Of a DNA stretch of 64,000 nt, positions 1 to 7,993 are shown one piece after another. The notes beneath the pieces are model-generated. The model saw only the letters and a list, made by a program, of their open reading frames with translations. It did no database searches and was not told where the DNA came from. The stretch spans positions 352,001 through 416,000 of the forward strand of contig JAVLKG010000005.1 in assembly GCA_032128875.1 (NCBI GenBank), written 5' to 3'. Made by a program: the position numbers and the translations under genes. Within the stretch, counting starts at the first letter, position 1. Every line of letters starts with the position of its first letter. Source of the stretch: Candidatus Melainabacteria bacterium 17Bon1m (GTDB taxonomy: Bacteria > Cyanobacteriota > Vampirovibrionia > Obscuribacterales > Obscuribacteraceae).

Positions 1-51
1 CGCATGCAATGCGCCACTACGCGAACAAGCGACGCATTGCGTCGCCCCTGC
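1..51 (-). repeat. Pair of GTAG-type REP-like palindromes (first truncated by window edge)
   Basis: Minus strand reads GCAGGGGCGACGCAATGCGTCGC (51-29) and GTAGTGGCGCATTGCATGCG (20-1): a G(T/C)AG foot followed by a GC-rich palindrome, directly 3' of the gene ending at 74. Confidence 0.6.
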
Positions 52-73
52 ACGGCTGACCTGTATCTAATTT

Positions 74-1039
74 CTAATGACGATGGCGGCGGTGATGGCG
101 CTGCGGCGGATCTGGTGCGTCTTGCTGACGTACTCCTGCAAAACTGAAGTGATGCAAGTCACCTTTGATTGGTCCTTTGCTGTCACCTTGTCTCCAACCG
201 TTTGCAAGCAAGGCGCGCTTTACGTCAGGGTCTTGCCAGTTGGACACATCCATCGCATTGCCACGAGTGTGATTGGAGAGTGTAGGTTTTCCAGCCGCGA
301 AATCGCGTCCGTTTCTGCTTCTTGAGCGGATTTCGGTTTGTGTATCTACAGTCCTTCCCGCTCCATTTTTGTCAGAGACGATAATTGATTTGCCTTTCGC
401 CGCGAGCTGTTCTTGCGCTCGAGCAAACGCTTGTGCCGCTGGACCTGAGAGCCAATAGTCCTGGGTTTCACCGCTCCTGTTGCGCGTTGATGTCACCAGA
501 CCCTTCTGTCCGATGTATAGCGCGTCGGGTACGCGAGCTAAAATGTTTTGATCGCGGACGGGCTCAAGTAGCCTCTTTGCGTCGAGTCTGTTGAAGTCCA
601 AATTGCCGCTTGGTGAGAGGCGGTCTCTCCCCTGGTTAATGTCAGGAAACGCAGTAGGCGGTAGTGATGCCCTTAGCTGGCGCGGTCCGAGTCCTGTCGT
701 TTGGCGCTCCGGCAGCGGATTGATAGTTATCGTCTTGCCGGCGGCGAGTGCATTCCAGTCGATCAAAGAGCGTCCGCTAGCTTGATCCTGAAGCGCGGGA
801 TACTGCATCCCGGGGCGTTCTGCCGGGCGCGCCGTCAGACCCAGCATCTCATTTAAATTCTGTCGGCTTATATCCGGCATAGACGCTGCTGTGATCTCGT
901 TTTTCGTCCAGGCCGCGCGCGCAATGCTGCGCCAGGCTTCGCTTGCGTCATCTGCAGAGGCGGCGGCGAAATTCCTTTCGGTTGATTGTTCTTGACTCTG
1001 CGCAGCAAATCGCTGTGGGGGTGTTGCGGATTCCGTCAT
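74..1039 (-). CDS. Protein with low-complexity N-terminal leader and C-terminal M15 (VanY/D,D-carboxypeptidase-like) Zn peptidase domain
   Basis: GRTVDTQ...SNHTRGNAMD (SxH-x6-D) and DLHHF distal His motif typical of M15 peptidases. No hydrophobic signal peptide. His/Arg-rich C-terminal tail. Confidence 0.75.
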   Translation of the reverse strand: MTESATPPQRFAAQSQEQSTERNFAAASADDASEAWRSIARAAWTKNEITAASMPDISRQNLNEMLGLTARPAERPGMQYPALQDQASGRSLIDWNALAAGKTITINPLPERQTTGLGPRQLRASLPPTAFPDINQGRDRLSPSGNLDFNRLDAKRLLEPVRDQNILARVPDALYIGQKGLVTSTRNRSGETQDYWLSGPAAQAFARAQEQLAAKGKSIIVSDKNGAGRTVDTQTEIRSRSRNGRDFAAGKPTLSNHTRGNAMDVSNWQDPDVKRALLANGWRQGDSKGPIKGDLHHFSFAGVRQQDAPDPPQRHHRRHRH

Positions 1040-1348
1040 GGCGTTATTTCGAAATTCTTAGGGCGGTAAGTTGGGCTAGAAGGCTATGCGTCTCAATATC
1101 CTGGATGGACCTGATCGTGCCGTGGGCGCGGACTTTTGGTACTCGATTTTCTGGTAAGTGAAACGGAAAAGTTAACGGTAAGGCGGTTTTGAAGAAACGA
1201 ATAGGTGTGCGGCCTGAACTCGAGAGCTCAAGGCCGTTTTTCACGAATCGGATGTACTTATCTGGGGTCGGTGCTGGTCGACTCCAGGACGAAAGATCGT
1301 CCCACCCTAACGGTATGACAGGGAGGGTGACTTTTACGTGAAAAATCT

Positions 1349-2629
1349 TCACGGGACTCTCCTTTCGGATTTAAGGAGTTGGCGTAAATAGACATGGGTC
1401 ATCGCTCCGTGCGCGCCATCGCCCCTGTTGGTGAACTCGCTTCTTTTGAAAACGAAGCCGTGCTGAGCGATTGCGTCTGGGCTAACGAGTCCGGTGCCTC
1501 TGGCGTGGTCTTTATAGATGCTTTGATTACCTAAACCTGCTCGCGCCAACTGTTGCTCTACTCGCCCTTGCAAGCCGGTGCTCTGATTCGCTAAATGTCC
1601 GGTGTAGATCAATTGGAAGTGCTTATTTCCTGAAGCGAGGTCGCGAAGATTGCTCTTTATCCAACCGTCGTAGGCAGTCGGGTTGTACATTGAATCGAGT
1701 GCCGTCACCGAAGTGATTTTGTCCTGAAGTCCATTTTTGTAGAGCTGCGCGATTGAAGGGTTGTAGCCTGCGGAATGCGAGATGATGCCAATGCTTGCCA
1801 AATTGTCGACGTTCTTGCCTGCCAGTTCCGGTGTTTTCTTCATGATTTCGTTGAACATGTTGCGGTAGAAGTTGGGCTGATCAGAACGCCCGCGCGCGGA
1901 GCTGTTGGAGCCCGGGGACGCCTGCCATTCCGGAACGACGAGAATCGTTTGAGGATCTGCCGAGCGCATTTGTTCTCTCAACTCGCTGTAGCTGATAGCT
2001 GCATGTGCATCGGTTCGAAAGCCGTGGTTGTAAACGAGCATGCGCGTGGGTTTTTGCGGATCATAGCCTTGCGGAATGATCACGGATGCATCGACTTTGT
2101 GTCGGCCAGTATTGTTTTGGAGTTGGAATTCGTAGACCTTGCCCAGTCCACCTTCGGGCGCGACTATGCGGCGACCAGCTTCTCCTGCCCTATCCCCCTG
2201 GCCTCTTAGCTCCGGCTGACCGGTTCTACCCCGCTGGCCGGCTCGCTCCATTTGTATGTCCGGCAGTTTCACAATGGCGTTTCTTTGCCCTTCTGCACCG
2301 GTTGGGGAAATTCTTGTTTTGGGAAGAAGTCCACGGTTTTCCAGTTGGGCTTGCACATCGGGAGGCTGTATTCCTTGAAACTGCATTGCAGCAATTGGTG
2401 TGCTCAGACCAAGGCTGTCGCTCAGTGCCTTTGGCACGCTGAAGTCCATTGGTTTGCCGTTAGAGCCCACTGCGTCGCTTTTCGAGGAATCGCTGCTCCA
2501 GATTTTGCTGGCAATCGAGGACCAGGTTTTACTAGTTTCGCAGGACGAAAAATTTGAAACGGCATCCCCTGCCGGTTGCGCCGCAGAGCGTTCTGAAACA
2601 AAATCTGATTGCTGTGATGTTTGTGCCAT
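1349..2629 (-). CDS. Alpha/beta-hydrolase-fold protein with low-complexity N-terminal leader
   Basis: LVYNHGF oxyanion motif, ISHSAG nucleophile elbow, LDS and late GAHGA His. Confidence 0.7.
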   Translation of the reverse strand: MAQTSQQSDFVSERSAAQPAGDAVSNFSSCETSKTWSSIASKIWSSDSSKSDAVGSNGKPMDFSVPKALSDSLGLSTPIAAMQFQGIQPPDVQAQLENRGLLPKTRISPTGAEGQRNAIVKLPDIQMERAGQRGRTGQPELRGQGDRAGEAGRRIVAPEGGLGKVYEFQLQNNTGRHKVDASVIIPQGYDPQKPTRMLVYNHGFRTDAHAAISYSELREQMRSADPQTILVVPEWQASPGSNSSARGRSDQPNFYRNMFNEIMKKTPELAGKNVDNLASIGIISHSAGYNPSIAQLYKNGLQDKITSVTALDSMYNPTAYDGWIKSNLRDLASGNKHFQLIYTGHLANQSTGLQGRVEQQLARAGLGNQSIYKDHARGTGLVSPDAIAQHGFVFKRSEFTNRGDGAHGAMTHVYLRQLLKSERRVP

Positions 2630-2686
2630 AAGAGATTCCGTTAAAGAGCTTGGTGCGTGCGGAATGTGAAAGTGCTGGAAATGTGG

Positions 2687-3985
2687 CTATGTGCGGCCAT
2701 CTGCCGTTATCCTTTTTACTTGTGCGAGAAGTTCTTCTTTACCGTCTTTTCTCAAATTGCGTCTGGCATTGCCCCATGCTCGATCGGCTGGAATGCTTTC
2801 CACTGTTATTTCCATAGCTCTCGGCGTTGTGTCTTTCATGCCGATTGCGTTCGCTGCGCCGAGGGATATGTCCAGGACGCGGTTGTGGACCTTTTCACTA
2901 CCGTCTGGGCGAACTTCTTTCTTGCCCGCAAACGGTCCGTTATCAGTGATTACAACGCGTGTTTCTTTGCCGTTTTCAGGATTTCGCACTTTGAGAACAG
3001 TGCCAAAGGGAAACTCTCGGCTGGCAGCGGTGAGTTCGTTTTTGTTGAACCTTATCCCGCTTGCTGTGCTGCTGTCTTCCCAGTAAACGGAGGTAATGCC
3101 TTTGAACTTATCGCCTTCGCCATATTTGCGTTCGTAGGGACTCTTCCATTCACCTGGCTTTTCTGGCTCTTTCTTTGCAGGTTCCAGCCTTTCTTCCGGT
3201 TTTTTCTTCAGGTCTTCAGCAGATTGCTTTGCTTCTTTGTCTGCGTCGGTCCTGCGTTTGTCAGCCGTTTTGGTGTCTTTGCCACCAGGCTTGGTGCCCT
3301 CGCCAATTGTTTTTTCGTTGTCGGAAAGCCTGTCTAGTAAAGCAACTCCACGATTTTTATAATCAACAGCCTTGCCGTTTGCGTCTTTCTGCGGGGTCAG
3401 AGATCCGTCGGCGTTTTGTATTGCGCGTAGAGCATTCAGTTCGCCGCCATTCTTGCCTGAGACGTAGACACCAAGCATACTCCTGCCTTTGGAGATTTCC
3501 TCTTTCTCGAGCCTGACTTTGTTGATCGCGCCGTCAGCGCTTTGCACTGAAAAACTTGTTACGCCTGCGCTGACGAGTTCGCTAGCCGCTTTCAGTCGGT
3601 CTTGAGGATCAGCTTTTGAATTCATGACTGCCTCAGTGCGTTTTTTGTTGTCTCCTTGAAGAGCTTTAGGGGTGTCAAAACCTTCAGCTCGAGCTTCTGC
3701 TGTGACGCCCGCTCTTGTGTCTGCGCTGTCCTGAACGATGCTCAGGTCTGGAATGGTGCCGCCTTTAACCAGGTCTTGCTCTTTTGAGCCGCCAATTCCG
3801 AGTGCGTCACCGATTTTCTGCCCTGCTGAGGCGACGCACCCTTTGAGGTCGCCATTCCAGCACTGGCTAGCAATGTCAGACCATGTACTTGTTTTGGGCG
3901 GAGAAAAATCGACTGTATCGCTGACGACGGGCGCGGCCGGGCGCTCCGAAGCAGCACCCTGGTGTTGTGCTGTTTCTGCTGTCAT
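2687..3985 (-). CDS. RlpA-like (double-psi beta-barrel) lytic transglycosylase domain protein with N-terminal leader
   Basis: TASGIRFNKNELTAASREFPFGTVLKVRNPENGK...VVITDNGPF...RVLDIS matches the RlpA/DPBB pattern. ATG at 3985 preferred over 4054 because it aligns the leader with the two neighbouring genes. No lipobox or SPOR domain. Confidence 0.8.
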   Translation of the reverse strand: MTAETAQHQGAASERPAAPVVSDTVDFSPPKTSTWSDIASQCWNGDLKGCVASAGQKIGDALGIGGSKEQDLVKGGTIPDLSIVQDSADTRAGVTAEARAEGFDTPKALQGDNKKRTEAVMNSKADPQDRLKAASELVSAGVTSFSVQSADGAINKVRLEKEEISKGRSMLGVYVSGKNGGELNALRAIQNADGSLTPQKDANGKAVDYKNRGVALLDRLSDNEKTIGEGTKPGGKDTKTADKRRTDADKEAKQSAEDLKKKPEERLEPAKKEPEKPGEWKSPYERKYGEGDKFKGITSVYWEDSSTASGIRFNKNELTAASREFPFGTVLKVRNPENGKETRVVITDNGPFAGKKEVRPDGSEKVHNRVLDISLGAANAIGMKDTTPRAMEITVESIPADRAWGNARRNLRKDGKEELLAQVKRITADGRT

Positions 3986-4134
3986 AAATTTTCTGTTGTG
4001 GCTGTAGGGTGGGGGCTCGATATTTGGCGATGTTTCGACGCCGGTGAATCTCACCGCGTATTTGCTTTATTGGAAGGAAAGAACGTTAGTAAATTTCGCA
4101 TCAATAGCTTTCTCAAAAACATATCACTGGTGCG

Positions 4135-4980
4135 TTACCGGATCGTGACGTGCTGCTTGAGTTCGGCGCCGAACATTCTTTCGCGGAGTTCTGGAACGAA
4201 CCTTTGTATGGACAAATCTTCGGTTGCGTTGAAATCTCGCAGTCGATCTTGAATCTGCCTATCGGTGAGAAAGGCGCTGTAATTTTTTAGCGCAGGCAGT
4301 TTCTGCGTTTCAAAAAAATGCTGGTCGCGCGTCCAGTAGTGGTTGATACGGACCTGCTCTACACTGACATACGAAGAGCGGCTGCCGCTCATCGGAATCT
4401 TCTCTTCATTTACCTGTGTGCCGTGTTTTACATATTTTGCAAAATGCGGGTTGGTGACGCGTATTATCAGCTCCGGGCGGGAGATTGTTTTGACATGCAA
4501 ATTGTCCTCGTTGTTTGCTTCGGCGCAACGAGTCAGCATCTCAATCATGAGCTTATCTTCTGGAATTCCTTGGCAGTTTGATGTTCCAAACATTTGCCAA
4601 TTGACTGAGAGTCCGCCGAAATCTTCGTAATCTTCGAGAAGATCAGTAAGTTTCTCTTCTTTAGTCGGATAGAGATACTCATCTACATCTATTAAAGCCA
4701 GCCATTTTGCGGATTCTGCAGTTAGATCGACAATGCGTCTGTAAGCGCTGCATTGAATATTGTTGAAGTCTTCTTGCGATTTGATCTCAATTGGCCAGTG
4801 GTCAAGTTTGACAATGCCTGATTTTATGTATGGTTTGAGAACAGATTCAAAATCGTCTGTGCTCAAATTGTTGAACAAGTAAAAGCGTTCTACTCCAACG
4901 AGCATGTGGAATTCGAGCCATTCTTTCAGGAAGGGAGCCTGATTTTGAATGATGGCGCCAACGACAAGCTGGTTGGGATA
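4135..4980 (-). CDS. Glycosyltransferase family 92-like domain; apparent frameshifted C-terminal half of the upstream GT2 gene
   Basis: The frame continues upstream of ATG 4905 as YPNQLVVGAIIQNQAPFLKEWLEFHMLVGVERFYLFNN, the usual GT92 N-terminus, with no in-frame start codon. DVDE motif present. Confidence 0.75.
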   Translation of the reverse strand, partial: YPNQLVVGAIIQNQAPFLKEWLEFHMLVGVERFYLFNNLSTDDFESVLKPYIKSGIVKLDHWPIEIKSQEDFNNIQCSAYRRIVDLTAESAKWLALIDVDEYLYPTKEEKLTDLLEDYEDFGGLSVNWQMFGTSNCQGIPEDKLMIEMLTRCAEANNEDNLHVKTISRPELIIRVTNPHFAKYVKHGTQVNEEKIPMSGSRSSYVSVEQVRINHYWTRDQHFFETQKLPALKNYSAFLTDRQIQDRLRDFNATEDLSIQRFVPELRERMFGAELKQHVTIR

Positions 4981-6530
4981 ACGCGGTCCACGCGTGTTTT
5001 TTTGCTGCGTGTCTTTTGAGTTGTGCTTACTTGTGTGTTGGTTGCGGTGCTCGCTGTTGCGTTGCTTGTTGCCGCATTTTTTGATGAACTGTTTGATGAA
5101 CTGTTTGATGCGCTGTTCGATGCGCTGTTCGATGCGCTGTTTGATGAGCTGTTTGATGCACCTGTTGTCGAAGGCGCTGGCTGACGCGTCGATTGCTGAC
5201 CTGGCGCGCTTTGGCTACCTTTCGTTCTGCTGGTGTTAGCGCTGGGGCGATTCTTCTTGCCGAAAAGAACTTCCGGGGCGCGTTTTGGTGCAATTTGCTT
5301 TTGCAAAGTTCTGAAGTGTCGCGTCAATTTCCACGATCGACTTTTCAGAACTCGGCGAATTGACTGGCGTAAATATTGGATGTACTCTTCTTGCGCGTCC
5401 AGTGAAAGAGTGAATTCTTCAGTTGCCTTCTCATCGCCTCCGCTGCCGATGAGTTTGTTTATCTCTCTCAGGCTTCGCGTAAGTGTCCATGATGGAGTAT
5501 CCATCACGCGCCGAAGATCCGCTTCCAGTTCGCGAATTCTCAGCTCTCTTCGCAATGCGCCCATAGGAGTGTCCTCTCCATCGCCTGATTGGGCAAGCAC
5601 AAGCATCGTATGAAAGAGTGCTTCTTTGAGACCAAACATATCTTCGCGGCGAAGAAATTGGTCGTTGTGCAATTTCTTTTCGCTCAGCTCGCCAGTGTCG
5701 ATAAGGTTGCTTAGAGCGCAGGAGAGCCAATAAAGAGTTTCGCGGACAAACTTGTGGCGAGACTTGCCGATTTTTTTCAATGAGCTTTCCATCGCGTATG
5801 ACAGATGGACAATGTCGGAGGCAAGCCACAGTTGGGCATTATTGGCAGCCGTCGCACCGCTTGCATGTTTTCGGAAGCTGGCAAGTTCTTCGTTAATGAA
5901 GGCGTAGTCGCCTTTTTGCAAAATCCGAAGCCAGTACTCAATGTCACCGATATGGCGAAATTGCGTGGCGAAGCCGCTGCCTACGGAAGTCTTCCGGAAC
6001 ATCACCGTGCAGGGCTCGCCTATGATATTGCGCAATGGGTCGAGACTGTGGCTGATTATGTCTTCTGCAGCATAGAAGGGCTCCGAGCCGAAAAGGTCTA
6101 AGGCCGTGGCAATGCCTTCGTGAGGAATCGATCTCCCGTTTTCGTCGATTACTTTTCGACGCGAGCTTACTAAAGCAATCTTTGGGTTCTCTTGAAGAAC
6201 TGCGACCTGGCGTTCAATAAGAGTTGGCTCCCAGAGATCGTCCTGCGCGTGAGGCTTGATGTATTCGCCTTTTGCTCGCAGCAGGCATATGTTGTAATTC
6301 TGAAAGAGTCCCAGCCGCTGATCATTTTTTGAATACCGGATGCGGGGGTCATTCTTTGCATATCGCTCAATGATTTCAAACGTGGCGTCTGACGAGCCAT
6401 CATCTGAAATTATGAATTCGAAATTCTGGTAAGTTTGCCCAAGAGCGCTTTCGATTGCCTGAGGCAAAAATTCGGCGCCGTTATAAGTCGGCAAGCATAT
6501 TGAAACTAGGAATTCCACCAGGCTGCCCAT
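4926..6530 (-). CDS. Family 2 glycosyltransferase with coiled-coil SWxLT repeats and Ser/Asn-rich linker
   Basis: VSICLPTYNGAEFL...DDGSSD...AQDD; two SW(T/K)LTR motifs; SNS(A/S) repeat linker. Confidence 0.85.
   Translation of the reverse strand: MGSLVEFLVSICLPTYNGAEFLPQAIESALGQTYQNFEFIISDDGSSDATFEIIERYAKNDPRIRYSKNDQRLGLFQNYNICLLRAKGEYIKPHAQDDLWEPTLIERQVAVLQENPKIALVSSRRKVIDENGRSIPHEGIATALDLFGSEPFYAAEDIISHSLDPLRNIIGEPCTVMFRKTSVGSGFATQFRHIGDIEYWLRILQKGDYAFINEELASFRKHASGATAANNAQLWLASDIVHLSYAMESSLKKIGKSRHKFVRETLYWLSCALSNLIDTGELSEKKLHNDQFLRREDMFGLKEALFHTMLVLAQSGDGEDTPMGALRRELRIRELEADLRRVMDTPSWTLTRSLREINKLIGSGGDEKATEEFTLSLDAQEEYIQYLRQSIRRVLKSRSWKLTRHFRTLQKQIAPKRAPEVLFGKKNRPSANTSRTKGSQSAPGQQSTRQPAPSTTGASNSSSNSASNSASNSASNSSSNSSSKNAATSNATASTATNTQVSTTQKTRSKKTRVDRVIPTSLSLAPSFKIRLPS
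5080..5160. repeat. 12-bp coding tandem repeat (six full units plus a partial), encodes SNS(A/S) repeats
   Basis: Units ctgtt(t/c)gatg(aa/cg/ag/ca) at 5089, 5101, 5113, 5125, 5137, 5149. Confidence 0.9.
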
Positions 6531-6974
6531 TCCATGGTAATCAATCGGACAATTATTACATGCCGATGGGTTGTGAATTCTCAGCTACAACAGTTAGACT
6601 TTCCTCATCGCGGCACGATCCTGCGGCCGGCGAGGCTTGAGCAGTCTATTGAAAAGCGCTAATAGTCACAATTTGAGCGAGCCCAAAACTATTGTCGCCC
6701 AATCCTTGCCGACCTGGCGGACCAGCTGCGTGATCGCATAAATATCGAGTTTGTCGTTGTGGCACCACCGGTAGTGTTTTCTCATGAGTGTTGGCGACAC
6801 TTTCTAGTTGGGTGCCAAAAGAAACACCATATTGGATACGTGGCTAGCATCTGCTCAGTAGAATGTATTTTGGCGTGGCATAATGTGCAAAGCCGTGTGA
6901 CAAAAGGTGGTTGTAAGATTGCTCAGTGACACGGATTGTCAGCACGGGAAGAAGAGGAAGCTTCTTAACCACTT

Positions 6975-7658
6975 ATGGCACGAGTTCTCTTTGTTGAAGA
7001 CGATAAAGACCTTGCAACAGCCGTAGAGATGGCGCTCGAGGCGCAAAATTTTGTCGTTGAAGTTGTGCATGATGGCAAGTCTGCTCTGGACCGGCTGACA
7101 TTCGGGCATTACGACGTGGCGATAGTCGATTGGATGTTGCCGCAAATGAGTGGATACGAAGTCTGCCAGGAATACAGGCGCAATGGCGGGCAAACGCCGA
7201 TTCTTTTCTTGACCGGGCAATCTGATGTAATGCATCGCGTGCAGGCGCTTGATACGGGCGCTGATGACTATCTGTGCAAACCTTTCGCGTATGCCGAATT
7301 GATGTCGCGCGTGCGTGCGCTGCTTCGCCGTTTTCCAAAAATGGAGAATCAGGTGATTAGCCTCGGGCATCTTGAACTTGATGTTCAGCGCTGCCGAGCT
7401 AAAGTCGAAGGCAAGGATGTAGACCTGGCACCCAGCGAATTTGCCTTGTTAGAACTTTTGATGAAACACCAGGGGCGTATTTTTAGTGCCGACGATTTGC
7501 TTGACCGCGTCTTTAAGCTCGATCGAGAGGCAACTGGTGAGGCTGTCCGCCAGCGCATTTTACGTTTGCGGAAGAAAATCGACCTTGTCGGCAAACCGTC
7601 ATTGATCAAAACTGTGAAAGGCCTCGGCTATTGCATGGAAGAAGCGGCTGAAAGTTAG
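6975..7658 (+). CDS. OmpR/PhoB-family response regulator (no adjacent kinase)
   Basis: VEDD, DWMLP, GADDYLCKPF receiver motifs; winged-helix C-terminus TVKGLGY. Confidence 0.95.
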   Translation: MARVLFVEDDKDLATAVEMALEAQNFVVEVVHDGKSALDRLTFGHYDVAIVDWMLPQMSGYEVCQEYRRNGGQTPILFLTGQSDVMHRVQALDTGADDYLCKPFAYAELMSRVRALLRRFPKMENQVISLGHLELDVQRCRAKVEGKDVDLAPSEFALLELLMKHQGRIFSADDLLDRVFKLDREATGEAVRQRILRLRKKIDLVGKPSLIKTVKGLGYCMEEAAES

Positions 7659-7827
7659 CAATTGGATGGACACAGCGGGTAAAGAACCGCACCAGATCGG
7701 CAATAGCGAGTGGCCAATATCCAGTCGCTGTTACTTCGGCAATTGCTTGCATCGCAGCTTGTTTAGACCGTTGCTGGTGCGATGCGCCTAACCTTGCCTT
7801 CCGGCAAGCTCCGATATGACCTGATCT

Positions 7828-7863
7828 AGGTGGTCTGAATTTCTCGAGAAATTCAGACCACCT
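7828..7863. repeat. Perfect 36-bp palindrome without spacer
   Basis: AGGTGGTCTGAATTTCTC|GAGAAATTCAGACCACCT; the second half is the exact reverse complement of the first. Confidence 0.95.
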
Positions 7864-7900
7864 GCAACCGCTCGCATTTACGGCCTGCCAGTCGGGAAAG

Positions 7901-7936
7901 AAAAAAACCCTGCTGGATCGCTCCTGCAGGGGTTCT
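7901..7936 (-). terminator. Probable intrinsic terminator of murQ
   Basis: Minus strand AACCCCTGCAGGAGCGATCCAGCAGGG stem-loop followed by T7. Confidence 0.7.
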
Positions 7937-7993
7937 GTATTTCTATTGCATTCTCGCAACTGTTTGAGCAATGCGAGCCTATAGTCTATGCGC

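Noticed and set aside
1280-1330. GAAA hairpin plus CCTAA...TATGAC resembling a c-di-GMP-I riboswitch
   Set aside because: The GCAAA/GACGCAAA core is absent, and the element is antisense to the flanking genes.
5080-5160. Tandem repeats as a possible CRISPR array
   Set aside because: These are contiguous 12-bp coding units without spacers, and no cas genes are present in the window.
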